Positions 1 to 8,969 of a DNA stretch of 64,000 nucleotides are shown here, piece by piece. Numbering within the stretch: the first letter of the stretch is position 1; every line of letters starts with the position of its first letter. The stretch comes from a virus (Duplodnaviria; Heunggongvirae; Uroviricota; Caudoviricetes). The notes under the pieces were generated by a model. The model saw only the letters and a program-made list of their open reading frames with translations, did not search any database and was not told where the DNA came from. The position numbers and the translations under genes were made by a program. The DNA lies in IMG/VR virus record IMGVR_UViG_3300029705_000018; one strand, 5' to 3'.

Positions 1-609
1 TTCGTCCGCGCAAACCAACAAATCTTCCATCCTTATCAAAGTGCGGGATGGTTATTTGATCTCCTCCTGGATAAAAACCAATGCGAGCTTGGTCTAATGC
101 GGCCTGGGAAATACCCTCCCGCAACCACGGGCCAATCTTCACCTTGTAGTTGAAGCGTTCCAATATGTCATTTTCATAATCTTTTAGTAAAATCGTATTA
201 GACTTCACAGAGACTTCTTGAATACGCTCGTAGTTAGCAAGAAACTTCCAATCGTCTAATGCTTCATCGTCTGGGCCATCTTCATGTTCGCCAGAAAATC
301 CAAATCTTTGAGCGACCCACCTTACTGCGTCGTTAAGGTCAAAGTCTTTATCCCATTGGATTTTCGCAACTTTGATGACTAACTCAAACGGGTCGAAATA
401 TTCGTCGCAACCAGTGAAACACTTGAACAGACCTGTATTCTCATAATAATACAATTTACGACTACCTTCTCCAGGAGGATTGTGGCAGATAGTAGAAGAG
501 GTGAGCCCGAACGATGTGCGTCCGGGATCACCGCCAAATTCTTGAAGTAAATCGTATATATAGTCAGTTGTAAGTGCTTCTCTGATTTTGACTTTATCAA
601 AGACGAGCA
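1..609 (-). CDS. DNA primase, partial. Start ATG at 607-609; the gene runs off the window at position 1.
   Basis: My own minus-strand translation starts MLVFDKVKIREALTTDYIYDLLQEFGGDPGRTSFGLTSSTICHNPPGEGSRKLYYYENTGLFKCFTGCDEYF, a CHC2-type zinc-binding primase N-terminus. It is absent from the ORF track because there is no stop inside the window. The track ORF 379..600 is a wrong frame of this gene. Confidence 0.65.
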
Positions 610-921
610 TTAGTTGATGTCAACAAGGACCTTGACGCAATAGCCCTTCAGACCGCACTCCTGATTTACATACTTACACAGGACTTCCTGGGGAGTGCCA
701 GGCAACTTACCGCTCTTGGACTTAGCTGCCTTCAGAATCTCTTCTGCCATCAGCTTGCCCATCTTATACTCGATGGTGCCAGCACAAACATCGGGAGCGG
801 GCTGACGAATGTCGCTCTTACTGCCGAAGTCCTTATTACGGGGAGCGTTGTTCTTATTGCGGTTGAAGTTACCCTTGGTCTTGTTATTTCTCTTGTTGTC
901 ATTCTTTACAAACTCTGCCAT
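610..921 (-). CDS. Small basic hypothetical protein. The likely start is the internal ATG preceded by AAGGAGA.
   Basis: Track ORF 610..1053. The Lys/Asn-rich protein MAEFVKNDNKRNNKTKGNF...CAGTIEYKMGKL follows a strong RBS and ends in TAA. Confidence 0.4.
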   Translation of the reverse strand: MAEFVKNDNKRNNKTKGNFNRNKNNAPRNKDFGSKSDIRQPAPDVCAGTIEYKMGKLMAEEILKAAKSKSGKLPGTPQEVLCKYVNQECGLKGYCVKVLVDIN

Positions 922-1000
922 ATTATTTATCTCCTTTATATTTCCAATTCCAAAATCGGAATCGTGTAACAAATTTAGTTTAGCTCTCAACCCTCGTTGC

Positions 1001-2539
1001 TTAGTCGCACTCAAAGGCAGATTCTTCGTCGATTCTAATTCGTACATCATCAATACTTACCATTTCATAATCATAGGTAGTGCAGAACATTGGCTTGATT
1101 CTACATACACCCAAGTCTGCCTTACACCACAAAATTACACCCTTGTATCTTCCTCGTCTATTTTTGTAAACCGACATTTTGATTGTAGGTCTTTCAAAAA
1201 CATTTGTAGACAAGATATTTTCCAGAGCAACAAGGTCATCGTCTTTTACCGCCAATAGAATTGAACCATAGTCAATCTTATCCGCAATAGACTTAGCACC
1301 ACGAAGTAGATTTTGGTCAGGAGTCTTACTGTCTTGATAATCGCCATTTAGCTGAGTAGCAGACATAATAAATACTCCATATTGATTACAAATATCTTTC
1401 AAACGAGTGGATAACATAAATAGAATATTATCTTCTCTCAATTTTACGCCGCCAGATCGACGAGTAATTTCTTCCAAGATTTTTAGACTTGTATGAATAT
1501 AATCATGGAAAATATATTTGACACCATGGTCGCGAATATTCTTCTTGATTTTATTCTCAATATCCTGAAGAGAGAAGTCAGGAAGTTCTTCTACATAAAT
1601 TGGACTCTCTTTTAAGAGTTTTGCGGCCTGAAGCACGCGCTCTTTTTCACCCTCGCCATATTCACTGTAAATGATATGTTCCTCATTTACATTAGACAAG
1701 AATGCCAACATCATAGTTTGAATTTCCTCAAGGTCCTGCTCTGTTGCGATGAATAGGACTGGTTCCGCAGGACCGCTACCAATCCACCCGAAAGTTTCAT
1801 CGTAAATCTTATTACAGCCAATATAACAGGCATCCGCAATCATTGAACGAGTCTTACCGATACCAGTAGCCGCGGACCGCAAATAAAATTTCTTCAATCT
1901 TGCTCCACGAGTGACTGTATTTACCAATGGACCATATAATGGAACACCAGCTTCTGGATGCTCAGCAAATCGTTCAATTAGTTCAAAAATACCTTCAGCG
2001 GCTTGTTGGGCCTCGCCAAAGGCGTCATCAACATACTGAAGTCGGATAGAGTCAATCTTGGCATCAACCTTGTCCGCAATCTGTTCCAGCGTCGCATTAT
2101 CTAATTGGTCCTCCTGTAATTGTTTTTTCTTTGTATCTAAAATATTGTCGGCATCGTAAATATCAGATACATCAACACCGCAATTATCATACGCACGAAG
2201 CAAAGAGAATTTCTTCAATCGTCCATAATAATAATCAAATGCTGATGGCATACAATTTTCTGATATTTTTAGTAGCCATTCTTCGCCCTTGCCTTGCTTA
2301 TAGACTGCCGCACTCTTGGGGCGAGAACTGAAAAAGTCTGATAGACTTTCTAATGTGATTTTATTTGCGCCAAGCTCATGGATTTTGTAAATTGCACCGA
2401 ATACAGTTTTATGGAATGTATCAGCGAAATCTTCATCCACGATTGAATACTTATCAGTGATTTCCAAAAGACGAGGATTATTGAACACACAACCAATAAC
2501 CTGCATTACCGCAGTTGTATCAACATATTTGCTACCCAT
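1001..2539 (-). CDS. Replicative DNA helicase, DnaB-like
   Basis: 512 aa. It has a DnaB-like N-terminal domain and a RecA-like core with a GIGKTRSM P-loop. It sits immediately downstream of the primase. Confidence 0.7.
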   Translation of the reverse strand: MGSKYVDTTAVMQVIGCVFNNPRLLEITDKYSIVDEDFADTFHKTVFGAIYKIHELGANKITLESLSDFFSSRPKSAAVYKQGKGEEWLLKISENCMPSAFDYYYGRLKKFSLLRAYDNCGVDVSDIYDADNILDTKKKQLQEDQLDNATLEQIADKVDAKIDSIRLQYVDDAFGEAQQAAEGIFELIERFAEHPEAGVPLYGPLVNTVTRGARLKKFYLRSAATGIGKTRSMIADACYIGCNKIYDETFGWIGSGPAEPVLFIATEQDLEEIQTMMLAFLSNVNEEHIIYSEYGEGEKERVLQAAKLLKESPIYVEELPDFSLQDIENKIKKNIRDHGVKYIFHDYIHTSLKILEEITRRSGGVKLREDNILFMLSTRLKDICNQYGVFIMSATQLNGDYQDSKTPDQNLLRGAKSIADKIDYGSILLAVKDDDLVALENILSTNVFERPTIKMSVYKNRRGRYKGVILWCKADLGVCRIKPMFCTTYDYEMVSIDDVRIRIDEESAFECD

Positions 2540-2550
2540 GCGCGCCTCCT

Positions 2551-3201
2551 TTATTCATCTAAAAATGTAAATAATTGACGCTTCTTGACTGTGCTCTGCG
2601 GTCTTGGGATAACAATCTCTTTGACTTTTGGAGTGTATAGTTCAATTTGGACGTCCTTGTTTTTCTGTTGAGTAAGCCATAAGTTATAGTGATAATTGTA
2701 AGCATCCTTATATACATAAGGCACAATACCAATACCACCATTTGCCTTCGACTTATCTCCGCCTTTTATTTCGTAATGATAGTATAATGCTTTTTGGATG
2801 CCCGAATAAGTATAATTATATTCCTCCACATATTTTTTGATTTGTGCTTTTACTCTTGGCTCGATAAAAGAAATTTGGAATAATTCTTTGATATAATCTT
2901 CCAACTTTTCTCGATCAGTTTTTTCACGATGCTCTTCTAAATCTTTACAAGCGGCGTGAACATATTTACCATTACCAATCATTACACAATCTGCGTCCTT
3001 TTTGGATAATAGCTTTTTACAGTAAGCACAAGTCACATTGTCTGAGGGGTCAATAATTTCTACTTTCAGAGCTGGGTTCTTTGCTGCTTCACGAAGCATA
3101 CAGGCGGCATGAGCATAACGACGAGCACCCACTAAGGCATACTCTTCCTTATCTCTATCAAACTTAGCTTTACAATATGGACAGATGACAATATGCGCCA
3201 C
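2551..3201 (-). CDS. Zinc-ribbon protein with repeated CxxC motifs, function unknown. It may be a replication accessory protein.
   Basis: 216 aa with CPYCKAKF...HAAC and CAYCKKLL...HAAC modules. It is the first gene after promoter 3236..3264. Confidence 0.45.
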   Translation of the reverse strand: MAHIVICPYCKAKFDRDKEEYALVGARRYAHAACMLREAAKNPALKVEIIDPSDNVTCAYCKKLLSKKDADCVMIGNGKYVHAACKDLEEHREKTDREKLEDYIKELFQISFIEPRVKAQIKKYVEEYNYTYSGIQKALYYHYEIKGGDKSKANGGIGIVPYVYKDAYNYHYNLWLTQQKNKDVQIELYTPKVKEIVIPRPQSTVKKRQLFTFLDE

Positions 3202-3235
3202 TATTATGCTCCTTTCTTTTCATTTCTTATATTAT

Positions 3236-3264
3236 ATTATACCAAAAAATATAAAAAAAATCAA
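3236..3264 (-). promoter_or_regulatory. Sigma-70-type promoter (-35 TTGATT, 17-nt spacer, -10 TATAAT) for the operon running from 3201 down to position 1
   Basis: The minus strand reads TTGATTTTTTTTATATTTTTTGGTATAAT. The upstream hairpin 3264..3288 (caagtcgg...ccgacttg) is the terminator of gene 3298..4269. Confidence 0.7.
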
Positions 3265-3297
3265 GTCGGAGCGGATCGCCCCGACTTGACATAAATA

Positions 3298-4269
3298 TTA
3301 CATCAGGTCAGCCTTAATATCGCTAACGATTAGGCTTACAAACTCAGCCTGCTCGGGAGTGGTATCACTTACCTTCTTGCCCTTACCAAGATACTTCTCA
3401 ACAACAGCAGTGATCTTGGGGCCATTGGTAGTGCCCTTGCTCATCAGCTGTCCAACCAGATCCTGGAACTCACCCATCAGAGCCTCATAATTATAAGAAA
3501 CTTCAACGGGAGCAACAATGCGCTCATTGGTTACGAACTGACCAGCAGTTTCGACTGCTTCCTTATCGATAGCTTCATTTAGAGCATCGATCAAGTTCTT
3601 ATAGCTCATAGTAATCTCAACAGGCATATGCTTGAAGCGGCAGCCGCACTCAATAATACCAGAGCCATCACGCAGAGTTAGAACAGACATTTCACCGGCG
3701 GCCTTCTGATGAGCATAACCATAAATGTCAGCCATACCAGCGATAACGGTCTTGGTAGAATTGCTCAACTGAGGACGAATCTTGGTGGTCTTAGTACCAT
3801 CAGGATTATCAATACTCTCCAGCTTTTCGTGTCCGATGAAGAACACAGCATAACCCAGTTGAGTTAGTCCACGGAAGACTTCGTTGAATTCATCCTTGAA
3901 CTTAGTCCAGCCCTTGCCGTAACCCATATCACCCAGGTCTTCGATGCCATTCTGATTGCAGATATACTTTTTACAACGATCAGCGGCAATATCGATAGTA
4001 TCAACGATAACACAGTTATACATTTCCTTGACCTCAGGCATCTTCAACTGACGATAAACCTGCTTCATTTCGGCCCAAGAAGTAATATCCTGTGCCATGA
4101 TACCAGGCAGTGCGTGGTAACCAGGCTCGAAAGCCAGCAATAGAGGCTTATCCATCTGGGCGGCAAGAGTGGTCTTGCCGCACTTAGGAGCGCCATAAAT
4201 ATAAGTAATGTAACCACTTAGGTCACGAGAAACCTTGTGAGGCTTCAAAGCCAATAAATCAATAGCCAT
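3298..4269 (-). CDS. RecA-like AAA ATPase, Sak4/AAA_24-like recombination or replication protein
   Basis: 323 aa with Walker A YGAPKCGKTTLA and a RecA-like core. Confidence 0.5.
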   Translation of the reverse strand: MAIDLLALKPHKVSRDLSGYITYIYGAPKCGKTTLAAQMDKPLLLAFEPGYHALPGIMAQDITSWAEMKQVYRQLKMPEVKEMYNCVIVDTIDIAADRCKKYICNQNGIEDLGDMGYGKGWTKFKDEFNEVFRGLTQLGYAVFFIGHEKLESIDNPDGTKTTKIRPQLSNSTKTVIAGMADIYGYAHQKAAGEMSVLTLRDGSGIIECGCRFKHMPVEITMSYKNLIDALNEAIDKEAVETAGQFVTNERIVAPVEVSYNYEALMGEFQDLVGQLMSKGTTNGPKITAVVEKYLGKGKKVSDTTPEQAEFVSLIVSDIKADLM

Positions 4270-4293
4270 ATTTTATGTCCTCCTCAGATTTGA

Positions 4294-5238
4294 TTAGAAA
4301 TTGAAGCCACCAGCGGCAGGAGCAGCAGCGCCAGCCTTAGGAGCAGCGTTACGGGATGCCTTGTATTCATCCTGACGCTTCTTCATAGCAGCCAAATCAA
4401 CTTCACGCTTCTGGATAGCCTCGTTCAGTTCAGCAACGGTGATAGAACCTTCATCGTCCCAAACATAAGGCTCCTTAGCAGCGCCAGTAATAACGAAGTC
4501 ACGACGAGTGTTCTTTACCTCACGAACTTCATCTTCACCGAAGGCGGATTCAGTACGAATCTGCTTTACAACAGTCTCAGAAACCTGGCGGCCCCAGACA
4601 CAGGTGAAGACAGGATTCTTCTGAGAAGCTTCCAGACCCTCAAAGTATCTCATAGCATTGGGGTTGGTAGCACTGAATTCGATAGGCATCAAATCCTTAC
4701 GGAAGTTGAAGATAGCACCCTTGACAACGCACTTTTCAGGCAAGCTCTTCTCTTCATCAGCGTCAACGTGAGTAACGCAGGTGATAATCATATCAGCCTT
4801 GAAAGTGTTACGGACCTTTTCGTCCTCGTCCAGAGCGTCAACCTTGTGAACGAAACCACCCTCGTTACGCTTTGCAGAAACCAGCTCTTCCTTACCATTA
4901 CGGTCAGTATAGAACTCATTCAAGCCCAGGGCAGAATCAACACGAAGCTTAACAGCCTTATCGGCGCCATCCTTCATATAAGTACCAAAAGTACCATTGA
5001 TGATATTAGAAAGAGTGGTGTAAGTGTCGTTAGGCTTACCAGAACCAAAAGTGGCAGTCACATAAGTGAAGTGAACAGGAACAATGTTGGTCATGGCATC
5101 ATCAGTTGCGATACTGATAGTACCGGTGATGAAGGGAGTGCCAGGATTCTTGGAAGTATCACCAGAAACCTTGGCTTCCAAAGCGTGTTCGTACAATACA
5201 CCCTCGATGTGAGTCTGATTAATCATAGTCTTTTTCAT
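4294..5238 (-). CDS. Hypothetical protein. It may be a ssDNA-binding protein, given its replication-module context.
   Basis: 314 aa with an Ala/Gly-rich C-terminal tail. No diagnostic motif was recognised. Confidence 0.3.
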   Translation of the reverse strand: MKKTMINQTHIEGVLYEHALEAKVSGDTSKNPGTPFITGTISIATDDAMTNIVPVHFTYVTATFGSGKPNDTYTTLSNIINGTFGTYMKDGADKAVKLRVDSALGLNEFYTDRNGKEELVSAKRNEGGFVHKVDALDEDEKVRNTFKADMIITCVTHVDADEEKSLPEKCVVKGAIFNFRKDLMPIEFSATNPNAMRYFEGLEASQKNPVFTCVWGRQVSETVVKQIRTESAFGEDEVREVKNTRRDFVITGAAKEPYVWDDEGSITVAELNEAIQKREVDLAAMKKRQDEYKASRNAAPKAGAAAPAAGGFNF

Positions 5239-5255
5239 AATTAAAATAAATCTCC

Positions 5256-5615
5256 TTATTCAATAGTAATATTCTTTCCATTTTCAGTAATAGAATAGAT
5301 TACTGGGTCTTGGCCGACTTTCTCGACAAAACCATCAGTGACTAGCTTTCGCATAGCACCAGACACCGCACGAGAACTGATAAATAGTCCTTCGGCAATA
5401 TCTCTTGCCTTCCACATAGGAGTCTCCTGGTGATTCTGTAAGAACTGAAGAATCAGCTTACCATTATCAGTGAATAGAGGCTTTTCTCCATTTTCGTCCA
5501 AGCCACAGAATGCAGTCCAATACAGCTGTGCTTCCTCATTCATAGGAACAGGATCTGCCTTGGTTGCATCAATCAATTCATTTACATACTTAATAAATTC
5601 TTGCTTTTTACTCAT
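5256..5615 (-). CDS. Winged-helix (MarR/PadR-like) putative transcriptional regulator
   Basis: 119 aa with the wHTH-like segment ARDIAEGLFISSRAVSGAMRKLVTDGFVEKV. Its promoter, 5657..5685, lies inside the 3' end of the DHFR gene. Confidence 0.4.
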   Translation of the reverse strand: MSKKQEFIKYVNELIDATKADPVPMNEEAQLYWTAFCGLDENGEKPLFTDNGKLILQFLQNHQETPMWKARDIAEGLFISSRAVSGAMRKLVTDGFVEKVGQDPVIYSITENGKNITIE

Positions 5616-5656
5616 AGTTATTTATAACTCACTTTCTTTATTTACCTTATGTATAT

Positions 5657-5685
5657 ATTATAACAATTTTATTTAGAAAAATCAA
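5657..5685 (-). promoter_or_regulatory. Sigma-70-type promoter (TTGATT-N17-TATAAT) overlapping the DHFR stop codon
   Basis: The minus strand reads TTGATTTTTCTAAATAAAATTGTTATAAT. Confidence 0.6.
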
Positions 5686-6173
5686 CTAATTCTATCATAT
5701 TGCCAGAATTGATAAGATAAATCATTATATGTTCGAATGTCGCTACAACAAGCTGGCGCCCATTCATCCGATTCATCTAGATTCGGGAAATATGTATCAA
5801 CATTTTCGTGGTCTTTGTAAATCTTAGTTACATATACTCGGTCACAAAGAGGCAGTAGTTCTTTATATATTTGCCCTCCGCCAATAACGAAAGAATCAAT
5901 GGGATGATATAACATCATATTAACTCCCTCTTTCCAATCGGCAAACCATCTGTCATGTAGAGAAGGATCGTTCTCTGGATTGCGAGTTAGAACAAGATGG
6001 AAGCGATTTGGTAAAGGGCCTGGAAGGCTCTCCCAGGTTTTACGACCCATAATAATCATATGGTCATCTGTGAGAGCCTTGAAGTATTTCATATCTTCGG
6101 GGATTCGTTCCAAAAGCTGGCCATTATAACCAATTCCCCAATTATTATCCACAGCAACGATTGCGGAAATCAT
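5682..6173 (-). CDS. folA: Dihydrofolate reductase
   Basis: 163 aa. MISAIVAVDNNWGIGYNGQLLERIPEDMKYFKALT...MGRKTWESLPG...VIGGGQIY is the canonical DHFR signature. The stop is TGA. Confidence 0.85.
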   Translation of the reverse strand: MISAIVAVDNNWGIGYNGQLLERIPEDMKYFKALTDDHMIIMGRKTWESLPGPLPNRFHLVLTRNPENDPSLHDRWFADWKEGVNMMLYHPIDSFVIGGGQIYKELLPLCDRVYVTKIYKDHENVDTYFPNLDESDEWAPACCSDIRTYNDLSYQFWQYDRIS

Positions 6174-7030
6174 ATACCCAACTCCAATGTCAATTGAGGT
6201 TTGATAGGATTATATGCGAACATAGTAAAATCATCGATAGTAAATTCGTAGAAATTACTTGTGCGGTCAGTGTTCAAAAACAGACTTGGAGTAGGGGATT
6301 TTACTTGCGCTCCCTCTGGATAAAATTCATCATATCTGCGGAGCATTTCATAAGCAGCATTGATGTGTCTGTCATAGATATGCTCATTAGCTACAATATG
6401 AGTGAAAACACCAGGAGTCAAACCAGTGTCGGCCGCAGTCATCATCAGCAAAGCCGCATACTGAATTTCGTTGATTCCTCCTGGACCAGAAGCAGTAAGC
6501 ATATCGCCACTACGCTGAACCAGCATCATATCAAGGAAGCCATCACGCACATTCCAAATGGTCATGAATGCACATGGAGCCAATCCAGGAGTCTCTCTCA
6601 GGTCAGTTTCTTGCCACAAAGAACAAATCTTGCGACGACCATATGGATCTTTCTTAATAGAATCCAAAACATTAGTTTTGAATAAATCATAACGGTCAAT
6701 GGTTGCACCATAACGCTGTCCGATAGTACCATCACCAATATCCCACTCATCCCACCAATTTACACCCATTTCATGCATTTTAGCAATATTATTGGTTGGT
6801 TTTTGATAAATAGTAAAGATTTCTCTAATACCAGTTTTCCAAGCCATGGGACGAAGAGTACAAATAGGAAATTCACCCTTACTCAAATCATACTGTCTGA
6901 AAGTATGGTTTACAAAATAAGTGTGTGCGGGAGTGCCATCCGCATATTTTGGACGAGGATTTACATCTTTTGTTCCCTCAGCCAAAATTCTTTTTATCAT
7001 ATCATACATATACTTATCTGCTTTTGTCAT
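6170..7030 (-). CDS. thyA: Thymidylate synthase (ThyA family); a dNMP hydroxymethylase is not excluded
   Basis: 286 aa. It has the catalytic LAPCAF segment and the ThyA C-terminal core. It overlaps folA by 4 nt. Confidence 0.75.
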   Translation of the reverse strand: MTKADKYMYDMIKRILAEGTKDVNPRPKYADGTPAHTYFVNHTFRQYDLSKGEFPICTLRPMAWKTGIREIFTIYQKPTNNIAKMHEMGVNWWDEWDIGDGTIGQRYGATIDRYDLFKTNVLDSIKKDPYGRRKICSLWQETDLRETPGLAPCAFMTIWNVRDGFLDMMLVQRSGDMLTASGPGGINEIQYAALLMMTAADTGLTPGVFTHIVANEHIYDRHINAAYEMLRRYDEFYPEGAQVKSPTPSLFLNTDRTSNFYEFTIDDFTMFAYNPIKPQLTLELGI

Positions 7031-7033
7031 AAC

Positions 7034-7309
7034 TTAATCCTCATTTGTTAGAGAGTAGCCTACGATGGAGGCATCAATATACTGCTTGACAAATTCTTCC
7101 AGTTCATCAATCAGAACATCTTCTTCGGTCCATTCGCCATTAAATAATTCACTATAACTGATAAAATCAATTCCAGTGATTCCATAAGCATATGCTTTTT
7201 GGCGCATGGCAGAAGGATTGGAGCAAGCGATTGCGGCATTTTTCTCCTTAGCCAGGAGCATCAATCTACCGGTCTTGCCAGAACTGCGACCATCAATAAT
7301 TCTGTACAT
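7034..7309 (-). CDS. Hypothetical protein
   Basis: 91-aa ORF with a GRSSGKTGRL segment. Confidence 0.3.
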   Translation of the reverse strand: MYRIIDGRSSGKTGRLMLLAKEKNAAIACSNPSAMRQKAYAYGITGIDFISYSELFNGEWTEEDVLIDELEEFVKQYIDASIVGYSLTNED

Positions 7310-7320
7310 AAAAACTCTCC

Positions 7321-8280
7321 TTACTTTATACTATATCCAAATTCTTTTGCTTTGAAATAATCCTGCCAGTAGTCTTCTCGTTCATCCAAGAGCGCACGAG
7401 TGCATTCTTCAATGACTTCAAAGGTGAAATTTTCTGGACCTGCCGCAATCATTGCAGGATAAAGTTTATTGCGGGTTGGGGCATCTGCGCCGACGCCACG
7501 CTTGATATGTTGTTTCCAACGGTCTGCTAAGTTAGCAGCTTGACCAACATAACATTTTCCAGTTTCAATTTCAGTTATTTTATAAATGCCGGTATGGATT
7601 CCTCCGCCAATTACTCTGCCAATCAAATCAGTGGTTGGTTTTTCGTAATAACATTTCCAAATAACTTTATTCAAAGGCTCTTTATCTCTCAATAAATGTT
7701 CAATTGACCGCAAGGCTTTGATTTCCTCAACGTCAATATCATTTAGTTGAATACGATAAAAATCCTTTGCTGTTTTCATTTCTTCTGCTCTTTTGGCGGC
7801 CAGGACGGCGGCATCATTAATCGCACGCATAGCACTAACGTTATCAGCCATTTGGCGATATTGTTCCATAAAGTGTGCGACAGTTTCTTCATATTGTCTT
7901 TGAAATGCTTCAACATTTTCTTGATGCTCCTACGCTGCGCGAACTGCATCTTTCGCGAAGCAATCTTTCATAGCATCCATCTTAGACTTATATAGAGCAT
8001 TTGCGGCCTCAGTAGCTTGTTCCTCAGCAACTTTTATTGTTGAACGCAAATTTTCAAGACGGTCATTTTCACGACCTCTTTCAAGAACAAGTTTTGTGTG
8101 CTCTTGGTCCAAAATGGAATTTGATTCAATGAGTTGTTTATTTTCTAACTCAAGTTTTCTATTCTATTCAATAATTGAACTATTGATTTGAACAGTCTAT
8201 CGTAATTTTGGTTTTAGAGTTAGATAAACAACTAATCCACTTATAATTGCCGCAAGTAGAAAAATAATTATATAACTCAT
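7321..8280 (-). CDS. Membrane-anchored coiled-coil protein with a C-terminal GIY-YIG nuclease domain. It has three in-frame TAG codons read as Gln.
   Basis: Track ORFs 7321..7869 and 7930..8112 and an upstream ATG at 8278-8280 all share one frame. TAG codons at about 8196-8198, 8166-8168 and 7930-7932 are the only stops. The N-terminus MSYIIIFLLAAIISGLVVYL is a transmembrane segment. The C-terminus GIYKITEIETGKCYVGQAANLADRWKQHIKRG is GIY-YIG. Confidence 0.55.
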
Positions 8281-8335
8281 ATCAAAAAAGAAGGCGTAAG
8301 ATATATTTCAATCTTACGCCTGGTATATGTCAAAA

Positions 8336-8611
8336 TTACTCAGCAGCTTCAACAACGGCATCGGGATCGAAAGCCATACCTGCGTCAGTCAGCTTCAGGA
8401 ACTTGACAGGCTTGTGGGAGCCATCTTCCAGCTCAACTTCTGCGGGAATACGAACACCGTAGCCCTTTCTCTGAATAGCACTGGTGAAGATACCATCAAC
8501 CTGACGCTTTTCCAGACCCAAAGCAGCAGCAACGTCAGCAGCAGTTACGTCAGCGCCATTAATCTCCTTCATGTAATTTAGAACCTTCTTAGAATTATCG
8601 CTCATAGCCAT
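8336..8611 (-). CDS. Hypothetical small protein
   Basis: 91 aa with a terminator hairpin at 8292..8325. A TTGACA-N17-TATAAT promoter lies at about 8650..8705. Confidence 0.35.
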   Translation of the reverse strand: MAMSDNSKKVLNYMKEINGADVTAADVAAALGLEKRQVDGIFTSAIQRKGYGVRIPAEVELEDGSHKPVKFLKLTDAGMAFDPDAVVEAAE

Positions 8612-8715
8612 AGTAAATAATCTCCTTTAATAAATAATATTTTTTAGTTAATTTTGTAACCTGATTGGTTATGTAAATATTATATCAAAAAATTTTTGAA
8701 ATGTCAAGAAATTTT

Positions 8716-8949
8716 TTAATTTTTTTCAAGCAATTCCATTACAAGTTCGTCAATAGCGACCATATCTTCCAGACTGTGTACGCTACTTGAGATTCTCATA
8801 ATTTCTTCTTCTGCCTGCTTGACAGCCTTAGGATCTTCATTCTTCATAATGATCCTCTCGCACTTAGCGATCTTGACCGCCAAGTTTTTCATTTCTTTTT
8901 TCTTCATTTGAAAATTTTCATCCTTAATCTTTACGATTTTATTATACAA
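8716..8949 (-). CDS. Hypothetical coiled-coil protein
   Basis: 77 aa with a promoter of the TTGACA variant at about 8945..8975. Confidence 0.3.
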   Translation of the reverse strand: MYNKIVKIKDENFQMKKKEMKNLAVKIAKCERIIMKNEDPKAVKQAEEEIMRISSSVHSLEDMVAIDELVMELLEKN

Positions 8950-8969
8950 AAAATTTTTCGTTTTGTCAA

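Noticed and set aside
379-600. A 73-aa minus ORF at the window start
   Set aside because: It is a wrong frame inside the primase gene. The primase reads from ATG 607-609 down through position 1.
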